A stretch of DNA of 18,902 nucleotides from Candidatus Micrarchaeota archaeon (GTDB lineage Archaea; B1Sed10-29; JAJSAI01). The notes under the pieces are model-generated. The model made no database searches, had not been told where the DNA came from, and was given only the letters and a program-made list of their open reading frames with translations. Location of the stretch: contig CAZVAJ010000013.1 of assembly GCA_964625085.1 (NCBI GenBank), positions 1-18,902 of the forward strand. Direction: 5' to 3'. How positions within the stretch are numbered: the stretch's first letter is position 1; each line of letters begins with the position of its first letter. A program made the position numbers and the translations under genes. This document shows positions 8,967 through 17,327 of this stretch, piece by piece.

Positions 8967-11124
8967 ACAGTGCTGCCACGATTATGAGCAGTGCTATCAC
9001 GCCCATGACAAGGTACACTGTGCTCATGTCAACCTGAAGTGGAATGACCTCTTTTTTCTTCAGTATCACTTCAAAAGAGTAATCAACAGCAGTCTGCACG
9101 TACCCTGGTTTTGAAGCTGTGAAAGTTACTTTCTGCACGCCTTCCACATTCGGGTAAAAGACAGTAGAGTATGTTTTGGTGGACTCTGACTGATATAACT
9201 GGAAGGTGTGAGTCCTGCCGTCAGCTTCTGTCACATCTGCCGTGACAAACGCGCCTATCACCACGTCCCCTTTCTCGTCTGCTACACTAACCCTCAAAGG
9301 CACTTTCTCTGACTCTTTAATGTACACCTGAGCGTCTGGAGAGACAACGGTTATACTAAGCTTGTGCCCGCTGACCTGGAAATCAACCCCTGCAGTGCCA
9401 GTGTATCCGCTGTAGTTGGCGAAAATCTTTACAGAATAGTCCCCTTCCTCAAGTAAGGGAAGAGGGTATACGTAGTCTCCCTGGTCATACTCCATCTGAT
9501 GAGCTTCTCCAAGGAAGTAGATAGTTACATTAGCATCTGGAAGTAGCTGTCCTTCTTTCGTGACAACTGCTCTGGCCAGCAGGGTTGCGTTAGTGGAGTA
9601 CACATCTGGCCGTGGTGTCAGGATTTCGATGTCCAGCATTCCTGTTCCTGTTGCGTTAGCGCCTTCAACAGGTACATCAGAAAGCCCTGTTACTTCTGTT
9701 TCAACTCCTTCTGAAATGGTCACAAACCCAAGCGAATACTTTCCAGGTTCTGTTGCGTTCACGGTAGTAAAGTAAGTTGAAGGCCCTTTCTTCATTCTCT
9801 TTCTTTCCACAAGTTCTCCATTTCTGGTGACCTTGATGTCCACCTCAGGGGACGTCGTCCTAAACCCTTGTGGGTTCGTAAGCGCGATGTGAACTGGCAC
9901 TATTCCTGGAGAGAGCGTTTGCCCCTGCCTTGGTGTGATTATGTCCACTTTCCAGTTTCCTTCCTGCTGGCCGCCAGACTGGTTTACGTTGTTTGGTACG
10001 GACGAAATGACCACATTGACTGTCTTGTTCGTGTTAATTCCTTCGTATGATCCTGTCACGGTTAAAGAGTATGAACCTTCAGCCAAGTCAATTGTCGTGA
10101 TAAAATTACCGAGCTTGTTCTCCAGCGGTTTTGATACCACCAGGCTTCCGGATGAATCATAAACATCCACTCTTGCGGTTCCAGAATACAGTTTTGTTCC
10201 TGCAAGGTACATGACTGCTTTGACAAGGTTTTCTCCTGGGCTTGCTACTGACTCTGGTGACAACACATCCACAGCAAGGCTTGTTGTTCCTGCTCTGGAA
10301 AAATAGCAGGACACGGTTTTCTTTTGACCCAGCTGGTTTTCAGCAGAAAACTCTATTACCTCTGACTGAGGCAGGAACATGTACCTTGAGAAAACGCAGG
10401 CAGGGCTGGTCTTTTTAAGCTGGTTTCCTGTCGCAGATACTGTCAATCCTGAGCAGTACACGTTTTGATCTGGGCCGAGGTATCCTGCTGATGCAGAGAT
10501 TTTAACATACCCGTTAGCATCAGGGACCCCTGTGCAGTCTGGGCTGAGGAACAAACGGTCCCAGTCTTCGAACTTTTCCCAGAACACGTAGTCTATTAAT
10601 GCACTGGATTCTGAAGTCGTGCTAGAGTAAAGCACCCATATCTTCTCTTTATAGTCTTCACTTCCGGTCATTCCTGGTGCAAGCTGTTTTTTCAGTATCT
10701 CCTGGCCGTCAACATACACTTTGTACTCTGTGTTATTGTATAATACAGTGTACTCATGCCAGTTGCTGACATCAATTCCTTTCTTTTCTGCCTCACTGAA
10801 AGAAAGGGAAAGCTTGAAGTCCGGCAGCATGAAAATAATCCCTTTAGACCCGCTGAGGTGTTTTGCTCTAGCTTGTATCACAAAGGAGTCAGAAGAATTA
10901 TACGGGAAAGAGTGCATCAAAGCATAGTCAATCCCGGTATTATTATCCTGGAGCATAAGGTAATGCAGACTGCTTTCATTGTATTCCGCCCAATCTCCTT
11001 CCTGGTAGTAGGGTTTTTGCCATCCTGTTGGCAGGCCCGCCTGCCAGCTGGAGAAGTCTTCGTAGAAAGCAAAGGAGCTGGCCATGACCAGCAGCATAAT
11101 AGTAACTACTTTCACGCGGCTCAT
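8950..11124 (-). CDS. Secreted, C-terminally anchored surface glycoprotein with lectin-like N-domain and Ig-like repeats
   Basis: Signal peptide, WHEYTVLY..YKVYVDG (ConA/LamG-like), ~100-aa beta repeats beginning VDVLSP/VDIITP/IEILTP/ITVVSP, many NxS/T sequons, C-terminal TM helix. Confidence 0.8.
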   Translation of the reverse strand: MSRVKVVTIMLLVMASSFAFYEDFSSWQAGLPTGWQKPYYQEGDWAEYNESSLHYLMLQDNNTGIDYALMHSFPYNSSDSFVIQARAKHLSGSKGIIFMLPDFKLSLSFSEAEKKGIDVSNWHEYTVLYNNTEYKVYVDGQEILKKQLAPGMTGSEDYKEKIWVLYSSTTSESSALIDYVFWEKFEDWDRLFLSPDCTGVPDANGYVKISASAGYLGPDQNVYCSGLTVSATGNQLKKTSPACVFSRYMFLPQSEVIEFSAENQLGQKKTVSCYFSRAGTTSLAVDVLSPESVASPGENLVKAVMYLAGTKLYSGTARVDVYDSSGSLVVSKPLENKLGNFITTIDLAEGSYSLTVTGSYEGINTNKTVNVVISSVPNNVNQSGGQQEGNWKVDIITPRQGQTLSPGIVPVHIALTNPQGFRTTSPEVDIKVTRNGELVERKRMKKGPSTYFTTVNATEPGKYSLGFVTISEGVETEVTGLSDVPVEGANATGTGMLDIEILTPRPDVYSTNATLLARAVVTKEGQLLPDANVTIYFLGEAHQMEYDQGDYVYPLPLLEEGDYSVKIFANYSGYTGTAGVDFQVSGHKLSITVVSPDAQVYIKESEKVPLRVSVADEKGDVVIGAFVTADVTEADGRTHTFQLYQSESTKTYSTVFYPNVEGVQKVTFTASKPGYVQTAVDYSFEVILKKKEVIPLQVDMSTVYLVMGVIALLIIVAALFKLLL

Positions 11125-11163
11125 GCTAATAATAGGGGGTTCAGTATAATAAAAACAAGTGGG

Positions 11164-11931
11164 TTACCGGCGCAAAAGTTTTTTCAGAAGGCCTGTTTTT
11201 GCCTTGCGCTCGGCCCCTCTTTTCTCCGCTTCTTTTGGAAGCAGGCCTTTTTTCACCTTTGATTCCTTTGCTCTTCTTAGGAACGCTTCCCACTGCGCCG
11301 CATACTCCTCTTTTTTTCTTTTCCTTGCTTGTTTTAGCGCGTTTTCAACGATCTTTTTCCTAACCTCTTTTGTGAACGTTCTTCCAGAAAGGTATGCTTT
11401 GGCCTCTTTTTTCCTACCACGCCGTAACAAAAATTCTACCGTGAATATGTCGGCTATTGTTTCAGCTGCTACCTTCTCCCGTACTTTGGGTTCAGCCTTC
11501 AGCCATTTTTTCCCGAGGGCCTTTGCTACGATCCTCTCTGCTTTTTCAGCAGGGTACATGAGGTGGGACATCTCGTGTGCCAGTGTTTCAACACCATCTA
11601 TCTTTAGGAATATCTTGTTTCCTCTCTTCCCAAAAAGCCGTTCTTCTGGAAGCGTGATGAACGAGACAACAGGCACTCTTGATCCTTTCAAGTAATATGT
11701 GGTGGTCATACCGTGGGTTTCTGAAACGGTTTCCCCGTATCTTGTTTTTATCAGCTCTCTTTTCAGGACCTCTGTTTCAGGATTAAGAACAAAGTACACC
11801 CTGCCGTTTTTCAGGAGCTTTTTCAGCTGTGATGCTGACCTTTGGTCAATTTTCTCAAAATCAGACAGTATTACGTCAGCAAGAGCGTTCACTATCCTTT
11901 CTTTGTCCTTTTCCATCAGTCTGAAACCCAT
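11164..11931 (-). CDS. HEXXH metallopeptidase-like protein (ImmA/IrrE-like) with basic tail, 255 aa
   Basis: TLAHEMSHL followed by ETIADIF; TTTTTAT (minus, 11961-11955) about 24 nt before ATG 11931. Confidence 0.65.
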   Translation of the reverse strand: MGFRLMEKDKERIVNALADVILSDFEKIDQRSASQLKKLLKNGRVYFVLNPETEVLKRELIKTRYGETVSETHGMTTTYYLKGSRVPVVSFITLPEERLFGKRGNKIFLKIDGVETLAHEMSHLMYPAEKAERIVAKALGKKWLKAEPKVREKVAAETIADIFTVEFLLRRGRKKEAKAYLSGRTFTKEVRKKIVENALKQARKRKKEEYAAQWEAFLRRAKESKVKKGLLPKEAEKRGAERKAKTGLLKKLLRR

Positions 11932-11969
11932 AGGATAATAGAATCTGCATAACAATAAAAACTTTTCAG

Positions 11970-12054
11970 AAAAAGAGCGAGTAGAAAGGGCAGGGTCGTG
12001 CCCTGCCCTTAGGTATTGAGGTACACTCGCAGTCCAGCCATTCCCCTGTCGGGC
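11970..12054 (-). ncRNA. Candidate structured small RNA (~80 nt), family unknown
   Basis: BRE/TATA upstream, GC-rich body, perfect 10-bp stem (11986-11995/12001-12010) nested in a 6-bp stem (11977-11982/12025-12030), U-run at the end. Confidence 0.5.
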
Positions 12055-12077
12055 AATAATACTAGGCAGCACAAGAG

Positions 12078-12092
12078 TATAAAAGGTTTTCC
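12078..12092 (-). promoter_or_regulatory. BRE-TATA promoter for the candidate ncRNA
   Basis: GGAAAACC-TTTTATA on the minus strand; predicted +1 near G at 12054 with no ATG there. Confidence 0.55.
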
Positions 12093-12137
12093 TTTAACCA
12101 CTACACAGTTGTTAAATAGAAAAGTTTTTAAATGGTT

Positions 12138-13097
12138 TTATGCGGGCACGTCAAGCCCCAGCTTTTCTTTAAGTTCTCTGTACCGGTTCCTGATTGTAAC
12201 CTCTGTTACTCCTGCAACATCCGCAACTTCTTTCTGGGTTCTGCGTTCTCCTAGAAGCACCCCTGCTATGTATACTGCAGCTGCTGCAACCCCTGTCGGC
12301 CCCCTTCCAGAGATAAGGCCTTTTTCAACAGCACTGTCAAGTATCCTGATCGCTTCTTCCTGAACTTCTCCGGATAATTTTAGTGCTGAAGCAAACCTGG
12401 GCACGTAGTGAACAGGGTTTGTCAGAGGCATGTCTATTCCCATGTCTGCTTTAAGGAAACGATATGTTCTACCTATCTCCTTCTTTGATATGCCGCTCAC
12501 TTCTGATATTTCATCAAGCGTTCTTGGAATGCTGTACTGCCTGCAGATTATGTAAACCACTGCAGCGACAACAGATTCTATAAGTCTTCCTCGAATAAGC
12601 CCTTTTGAAACAGCTTTCCTGTACAATAAGGCTGCTGCTTCTCTGAGGTTGTTTGATAGGCCCAGCATGCTGGCGACCCTGTCAAGTTCATTCAAGGCCA
12701 CTGTAAGATTTCTTTCCATGGAACTGCTGACACTGGTTCTCTTGTGCCATTTAATCATTCTGTTGACTGCAGCTCTTTGCTCAGTGCTTATCTTTGCGCC
12801 CCGGAAGTCCTTTCCGTACTGATCAATCTCTGTTGACAGGCCTTTGTTAGCCCTCGTGTACTTTATGGGGGCTCCTGTCCGGACCCTTTTCTCTCTTTGA
12901 GCTGCATCAAATGCCCTCCATTCAGGCCCCATATCAATCAGGTTTTCTTCAATAACAGTACCACATTTTTCGCAGTACACTTCTCCTCTTGAATAGTCTC
13001 TTTTTATGCTGGTGCTGCCGCATTCTGGACAAACAGGCTTGCCCGCATTTGATTTAGGGGCCTCCTTTTTTTTACTATCCTTCTTTTTTCTGGGCAA
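12138..13097 (-). CDS. tfb: Transcription initiation factor IIB
   Basis: Zn ribbon CPECG..CEKCG, GPEWRAF B-reader, two cyclin repeats, VTEVTIRNRY HTH; TTG start with AGGAGG RBS. Confidence 0.98.
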   Translation of the reverse strand: MPRKKKDSKKKEAPKSNAGKPVCPECGSTSIKRDYSRGEVYCEKCGTVIEENLIDMGPEWRAFDAAQREKRVRTGAPIKYTRANKGLSTEIDQYGKDFRGAKISTEQRAAVNRMIKWHKRTSVSSSMERNLTVALNELDRVASMLGLSNNLREAAALLYRKAVSKGLIRGRLIESVVAAVVYIICRQYSIPRTLDEISEVSGISKKEIGRTYRFLKADMGIDMPLTNPVHYVPRFASALKLSGEVQEEAIRILDSAVEKGLISGRGPTGVAAAAVYIAGVLLGERRTQKEVADVAGVTEVTIRNRYRELKEKLGLDVPA

Positions 13098-13113
13098 ACT
13101 CCCGCCTCCTTTT

Positions 13114-13335
13114 TTAGCCGTACATTTCCTGTCCGACGAATGGGGCAGGGTCTTTTTTGGGGCTTACGAGCACGTAAGGTCCCATAGTGGGTCCAAAGTA
13201 GTCTATGACTGTTCCAACGTGCCTGCCAGCATCATCAAAAACTTCGCTTCCTATTTTCACAAGCCTTTCAGTTTTAACAACAAGTTTTCCGTCAGAAATA
13301 GAAACAGCCCTTCCAATTCTTTTCATGTTTCCCAT
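13114..13335 (-). CDS. gar1: H/ACA RNP protein Gar1/Naf1
   Basis: IGSEVFD..VGTVIDYFGPTMGPYVLV pattern; conserved archaeal gar1-tfb gene order. Confidence 0.88.
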   Translation of the reverse strand: MGNMKRIGRAVSISDGKLVVKTERLVKIGSEVFDDAGRHVGTVIDYFGPTMGPYVLVSPKKDPAPFVGQEMYG

Positions 13336-13449
13336 CTTTTTACACCTCCAAGCAAAAGGTTTATAATCTTTTTCCGCAAGGATTTAAAAACGTTTCCATT
13401 GCCTTTCTAAACCTGAAATAACGCATTGTACAAAACAAACTTATTGCAA

Positions 13450-13477
13450 TCTAACCATCTTGCCAGTAATGGTTAGA
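13450..13477. promoter_or_regulatory. Inverted repeat TCTAACCAT-N10-ATGGTTAGA upstream of nrdD (putative operator)
   Basis: Perfect 9-bp arms just upstream of TAATATAATA (13491). Confidence 0.5.
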
Positions 13478-13570
13478 ATAGCTAACCGAATAATATAATA
13501 AGATGAGTTGAGTTTGTTAATTCCCCTGAGGCAAGGGCTGAATATTTGATAATAACCACTATAGGAGGGT

Positions 13571-15700
13571 ATGCTCGTGGAAAATGAGGTTAGTGTTACT
13601 CAAAGGTTTGTTAGAAAAAGAAACGGAAAGATCGTAGAATTTGATCAGTCAAGAATAACAAAGGCGATAGAATCTGCTGTAAAGGCCACTAAAGGAGATC
13701 AGAATGCTGAAGAACTTTCTGATCAGGTGGTTAAAGAGCTTGCGAGAAAATACCCTGCTGGCAGAGTGCTTGAAGTTGAAGAGATACAGGATGTGGTCGA
13801 AGACGTGCTCGTGAAAGCAGGGCACACGATGCTTGCTAAAGCATACATTCTGTACCGGAGACAACACCAGAACATAAGAGAGTTTGCAGGAGTATTCAAG
13901 GACATAATGATAATTGACGATTATATTAATGAGAATGACTGGAGGGTTAAGGAAAACAGCAACATGACCTTTTCCCTGCAGGGGCTTAACTTTCACATTT
14001 CTGGGATCGTAGTGAAAAACTACTGGCTTAACAGAATATACTTTCCAGAGATAGCAAAAGCCCACGAAACAGGAGACCTGCACATCCACGACCTGAGCAT
14101 ACTGGGAGCATACTGCGTGGGCTGGGACCTGCAGGACCTGCTCGTGACAGGATTCAAAGGAGTTTCAGGAAAAGTAGAAGCAAAGCCTGCGAAACACCTG
14201 CGTGCTGCTTTAGGACAGGTTGTGAACTTCTTTTACACCCTGCAAGGAGAAGCTGCTGGAGCCCAGGCAATGAGCAGCATAGACACTCTGCTTGCTCCGT
14301 TCATACGCGCAGACAGCCTTTCTTACAAACAGCTAAAACAGGCTATACAAGAGTTCCTGTACAACGTTAACGTGCCAACAAGAGTCGGGTTCCAAACCCC
14401 CTTCACCAACATAACGCTTGACCTAACCGTTCCAAACTTTTTGGCCAACATGCCTGCGGTAATAGGCGGAAAGTTTACTGACAAGACATACGCCGACTAC
14501 CAGGAAGAAGTTGACATGTTCAACAAGGCATTTGCAGAAGTCATGCTTGACGGAGACGCAAAAGGAAGGCCGTTCACGTTCCCAATCCCGACCTACAACA
14601 TCTCCAAGGACTTTGACTATGATAATCCTGCACTGGAACCAGTGTGGGAAATGACCGCAAAATACGGAATACCCTACTTTGCTAACTTCGTGAACTCTGA
14701 CATGAGCCCAGAAGACGCCAGAAGCATGTGCTGCAGGCTCAGGCTGGATAAACGCGAGCTAAAGAAAAGGGGAGGAGGATTGTTCGGAGCAGATCCCCTC
14801 ACAGGATCAATAGGCGTGGTCACCCTGAACCTGCCACGGCTCGCATACCTCTCAAAAGACGAAACAGAATTCCAAGAAAAGATCAGGGAAATGATGGACC
14901 TTGGCATGAAATCACTGGAGATAAAAAGAAAGGTGATAGAAGGCCTGACAGAAAAAGGACTTTACCCCTACTCCAAATTCTACTTGCGGAGCATAAAAGA
15001 AGCAACAGGAAAATACTGGACAAACCACTTCAGCACAATAGGGCTAGTTGGAATGAACGAAGCAATGCTTAACCTGATAGGAAAAGACCTAACAGACAAG
15101 GACGCAATAAAACTGGCTGAAAAAACGCTTGAGTTCATGCGGGACAAGCTAGCTGACTACCAAGAAACAACCGGAAACATGTACAACCTAGAAGCAACCC
15201 CTGCAGAAGGCACAAGCTACAGGCTGGCCAGACTAAACAAAAAGTACTACCCCAAACTAATAGTAGCAAATGAATCAGACTGGAAAAAAGGCGCAGAACC
15301 CTACCACACGAATTCTTCCCAGCTTCCGGTGTACGCCACCTCAGACCTGTTCAAGGCCCTGGAACTGCAGGACGGGCTTCAAACCAAGTACACAGGAGGC
15401 ACTGTGCTGCACATATTCGTAGGGGAAAGAATGCCGAACCCAGAATCTGCCAAAAAGCTGGTCAAAACAATCGCGGAAAACTACAAACTTCCGTACTACA
15501 CAATCAGTCCTACTTTCAGCGTGTGCCCAAACCACGGTTACCTTGCAGGAGAACACTTCACGTGCCCAACATGCAATGCAAAAACAGAAGTGTACTCCAG
15601 GATCGTTGGGTACATCCGTCCAGTGCAGCAGTGGAACGACGGCAAACAAGCAGAATTCAACCAGCGTAAAACATTCCAAATCGCTGGGAAGGGAGTGTGA
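13571..15700 (+). CDS. nrdD: Anaerobic (class III) ribonucleoside-triphosphate reductase with ATP-cone
   Basis: ATP-cone (VRKRNG..FD..I..AI; VEEIQDVVE; AKAYILYR), HIHDL, SMCCRL finger loop, EATPAE, CPNHG..CPTC, glycyl-radical motif YSRIVGYIRP. Confidence 0.97.
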   Translation: MLVENEVSVTQRFVRKRNGKIVEFDQSRITKAIESAVKATKGDQNAEELSDQVVKELARKYPAGRVLEVEEIQDVVEDVLVKAGHTMLAKAYILYRRQHQNIREFAGVFKDIMIIDDYINENDWRVKENSNMTFSLQGLNFHISGIVVKNYWLNRIYFPEIAKAHETGDLHIHDLSILGAYCVGWDLQDLLVTGFKGVSGKVEAKPAKHLRAALGQVVNFFYTLQGEAAGAQAMSSIDTLLAPFIRADSLSYKQLKQAIQEFLYNVNVPTRVGFQTPFTNITLDLTVPNFLANMPAVIGGKFTDKTYADYQEEVDMFNKAFAEVMLDGDAKGRPFTFPIPTYNISKDFDYDNPALEPVWEMTAKYGIPYFANFVNSDMSPEDARSMCCRLRLDKRELKKRGGGLFGADPLTGSIGVVTLNLPRLAYLSKDETEFQEKIREMMDLGMKSLEIKRKVIEGLTEKGLYPYSKFYLRSIKEATGKYWTNHFSTIGLVGMNEAMLNLIGKDLTDKDAIKLAEKTLEFMRDKLADYQETTGNMYNLEATPAEGTSYRLARLNKKYYPKLIVANESDWKKGAEPYHTNSSQLPVYATSDLFKALELQDGLQTKYTGGTVLHIFVGERMPNPESAKKLVKTIAENYKLPYYTISPTFSVCPNHGYLAGEHFTCPTCNAKTEVYSRIVGYIRPVQQWNDGKQAEFNQRKTFQIAGKGV

Positions 15701-16377
15701 AAAGCATGAGAATAGGCGGAGTACAGTGGACAAGCCTGATAGACTATCCTGGAGAAGTCGCGATAACGATCGCCACAGTCGGGTGCAACTTCAGGTGCAA
15801 GTACTGCCACAACCCTTTTCTGTTCAACCTAAACGAAGCATACGACGAGAACGAGCTTCTGGAAGAACTGGAGCACAGGAAAAAAGTAGCGACCGCGGTC
15901 TGCATTACAGGAGGAGAGCCCACGCTCCAGCCTGACCTCGTGCCTTTCATGAAAAAGCTCAAGAGCATGGGCTACAAGGTAAAGCTGGACACGAACGGCT
16001 CAAACCCAGAGACTGTGAAAAAAGCAATAGAAGAGGGGGTCGTGGACTACATTGCCATGGACGTTAAAGGCCCTCTTGACAAGTACGATGACATAACCCA
16101 AGTGCACGTGGACACAGAAAAAATAAAGGAAACAATGAAAATAATAAGGGAGTCAGGAATTGACTACGAGTTCAGGACCACTGCATACCCTGAGCTGGAC
16201 AGAAGGGATTTCATGAAAATCCGGGAGCTTGTGAGAGGAGCAAGACACTACTACATACAACAGTTCAGGCCTGACACAAGCTACCAGATGAAAGACGCGA
16301 AACCCCATTCAATAGACAAGCTTTACGAGTTCAAGACCATTGTCAAAGGAGCTGTTGACACCGAAATAAGAGCGTAA
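15697..16377 (+). CDS. nrdG: Anaerobic RNR activating enzyme (radical SAM)
   Basis: SLIDYPG, GCNFRCKYCHN, ITGGEPT, KLDTNG, AMDVK, EFRTT; GTGA overlap with nrdD. Confidence 0.95.
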   Translation: MKSMRIGGVQWTSLIDYPGEVAITIATVGCNFRCKYCHNPFLFNLNEAYDENELLEELEHRKKVATAVCITGGEPTLQPDLVPFMKKLKSMGYKVKLDTNGSNPETVKKAIEEGVVDYIAMDVKGPLDKYDDITQVHVDTEKIKETMKIIRESGIDYEFRTTAYPELDRRDFMKIRELVRGARHYYIQQFRPDTSYQMKDAKPHSIDKLYEFKTIVKGAVDTEIRA

Positions 16378-16398
16378 AAAAAGAGGTGTGAAACCAAA

Positions 16399-16446
16399 AT
16401 GGATGAAGACAGGCAAAGCACTCTGGACGAATTCGATGGAAAATAA
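16399..16446 (+). CDS. 15-aa micropeptide MDEDRQSTLDEFDGK (PIP-box-like)
   Basis: GAGGTG RBS at 16383-16388 with 10-nt spacing, the same as the thermosome RBS; in frame with the nrdG stop; followed by T-rich terminator-like tract. Confidence 0.55.
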   Translation: MDEDRQSTLDEFDGK

Positions 16447-16541
16447 AACCCTTTCTTTCACTTATTTTTTATTCCTGCTTGAGAGGACAGCAAGGAAGAA
16501 GTCAAGCTCGAGTAAAGCCTGGAAAAATACAAGAGCATGCT

Positions 16542-17327
16542 CTAATCATTTATTCTTCCAAGTACTTTCTTCAAAAACCTGGAGGCAGTATTTTCCTCCT
16601 GCCATAGTACTCTCGCGTGAGAAAAGTTCGCCTTCACGTACTCTCCAATGTACTTTTTCAAACCGTCAAAGTACTTCACAAGGTCAGGAAAGCTGATCAG
16701 CTGTATTTCAACCCACTGTCCTCTGATGTCCTTGAGAGTTTTTGACATGCCGCGGAAACCCTTTTCATTGAACTCGTACTCTATCACGCTGCATCCAGTG
16801 GGGATCTCTTTGATTACCTCTTTTATTTGGTTCCATTTTCCCTTATTATTTCCGGGAAAGCCAAGCAGGAGTATCAGGTCAATATCAGAATACTTGGAAG
16901 GGTACCGTTTTAGGTCAACAAGGTCTCCTCTGAGGATTATTCCTTTCACGAGTCCTGATCTCTTGACTTCTTCCAGCCAGTCATTTAGGTCTTCTTTCAG
17001 GAAATGGAGTTTCTTTGATCTGAACTCCTGAGCCTGCTTCTTCTTTTCCTGCATCACTCTTTCTGCTCTTTTCGGATCGTTGGAAAGCACGACAATACTA
17101 GCAATTTTGTCAGCAACTGCTTCTGTTTCGCCAATGTAAGGGCTGATGTCGCTCACCAGCACGGTCACTCCCTCTGGAACCTTTTTCTCGTAAACCGCTT
17201 GCACGAGCTCTTTCCTGACCTGTTCATCCTCTTCCTGAAACTTCAGGAAACTTTTTTTAGGGTTGTTCACGACCCTGTAAAAAACAGCGGTCCCTCCTTC
17301 TTTCTCAATGTATTCTCTAAGGTTCAT
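16542..17327 (-). CDS. Hypothetical protein with C-terminal Pol-beta-like minimal nucleotidyltransferase domain
   Basis: GIILRGD...SDIDLILL resembles hG[GS]x9-13DxD; overlaps the ASCH gene by 11 bp. Confidence 0.65.
   Translation of the reverse strand: MNLREYIEKEGGTAVFYRVVNNPKKSFLKFQEEDEQVRKELVQAVYEKKVPEGVTVLVSDISPYIGETEAVADKIASIVVLSNDPKRAERVMQEKKKQAQEFRSKKLHFLKEDLNDWLEEVKRSGLVKGIILRGDLVDLKRYPSKYSDIDLILLLGFPGNNKGKWNQIKEVIKEIPTGCSVIEYEFNEKGFRGMSKTLKDIRGQWVEIQLISFPDLVKYFDGLKKYIGEYVKANFSHARVLWQEENTASRFLKKVLGRIND

Noticed and set aside
11977..12030. Hammerhead, tRNA, H/ACA or C/D identity for the hairpin
   Set aside because: GAAA-stem-UH is present but CUGANGA is not; no cloverleaf or T-loop, no K-turn with ACA, no C box
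11932..12072. 47-aa N-terminal extension of the HEXXH ORF
   Set aside because: Spans the structured element; a TATA box sits properly before ATG 11931
13499..13541. C/D box sRNA (AAGATGA..CTGA..CTGA)
   Set aside because: Degenerate C box, no C' box and wrong spacing; more likely the nrdD promoter and leader
16388..16696. 102-aa plus-strand ORF after nrdG
   Set aside because: Its start lies within the RBS, it runs through the terminator tract and overlaps the antisense NTase gene
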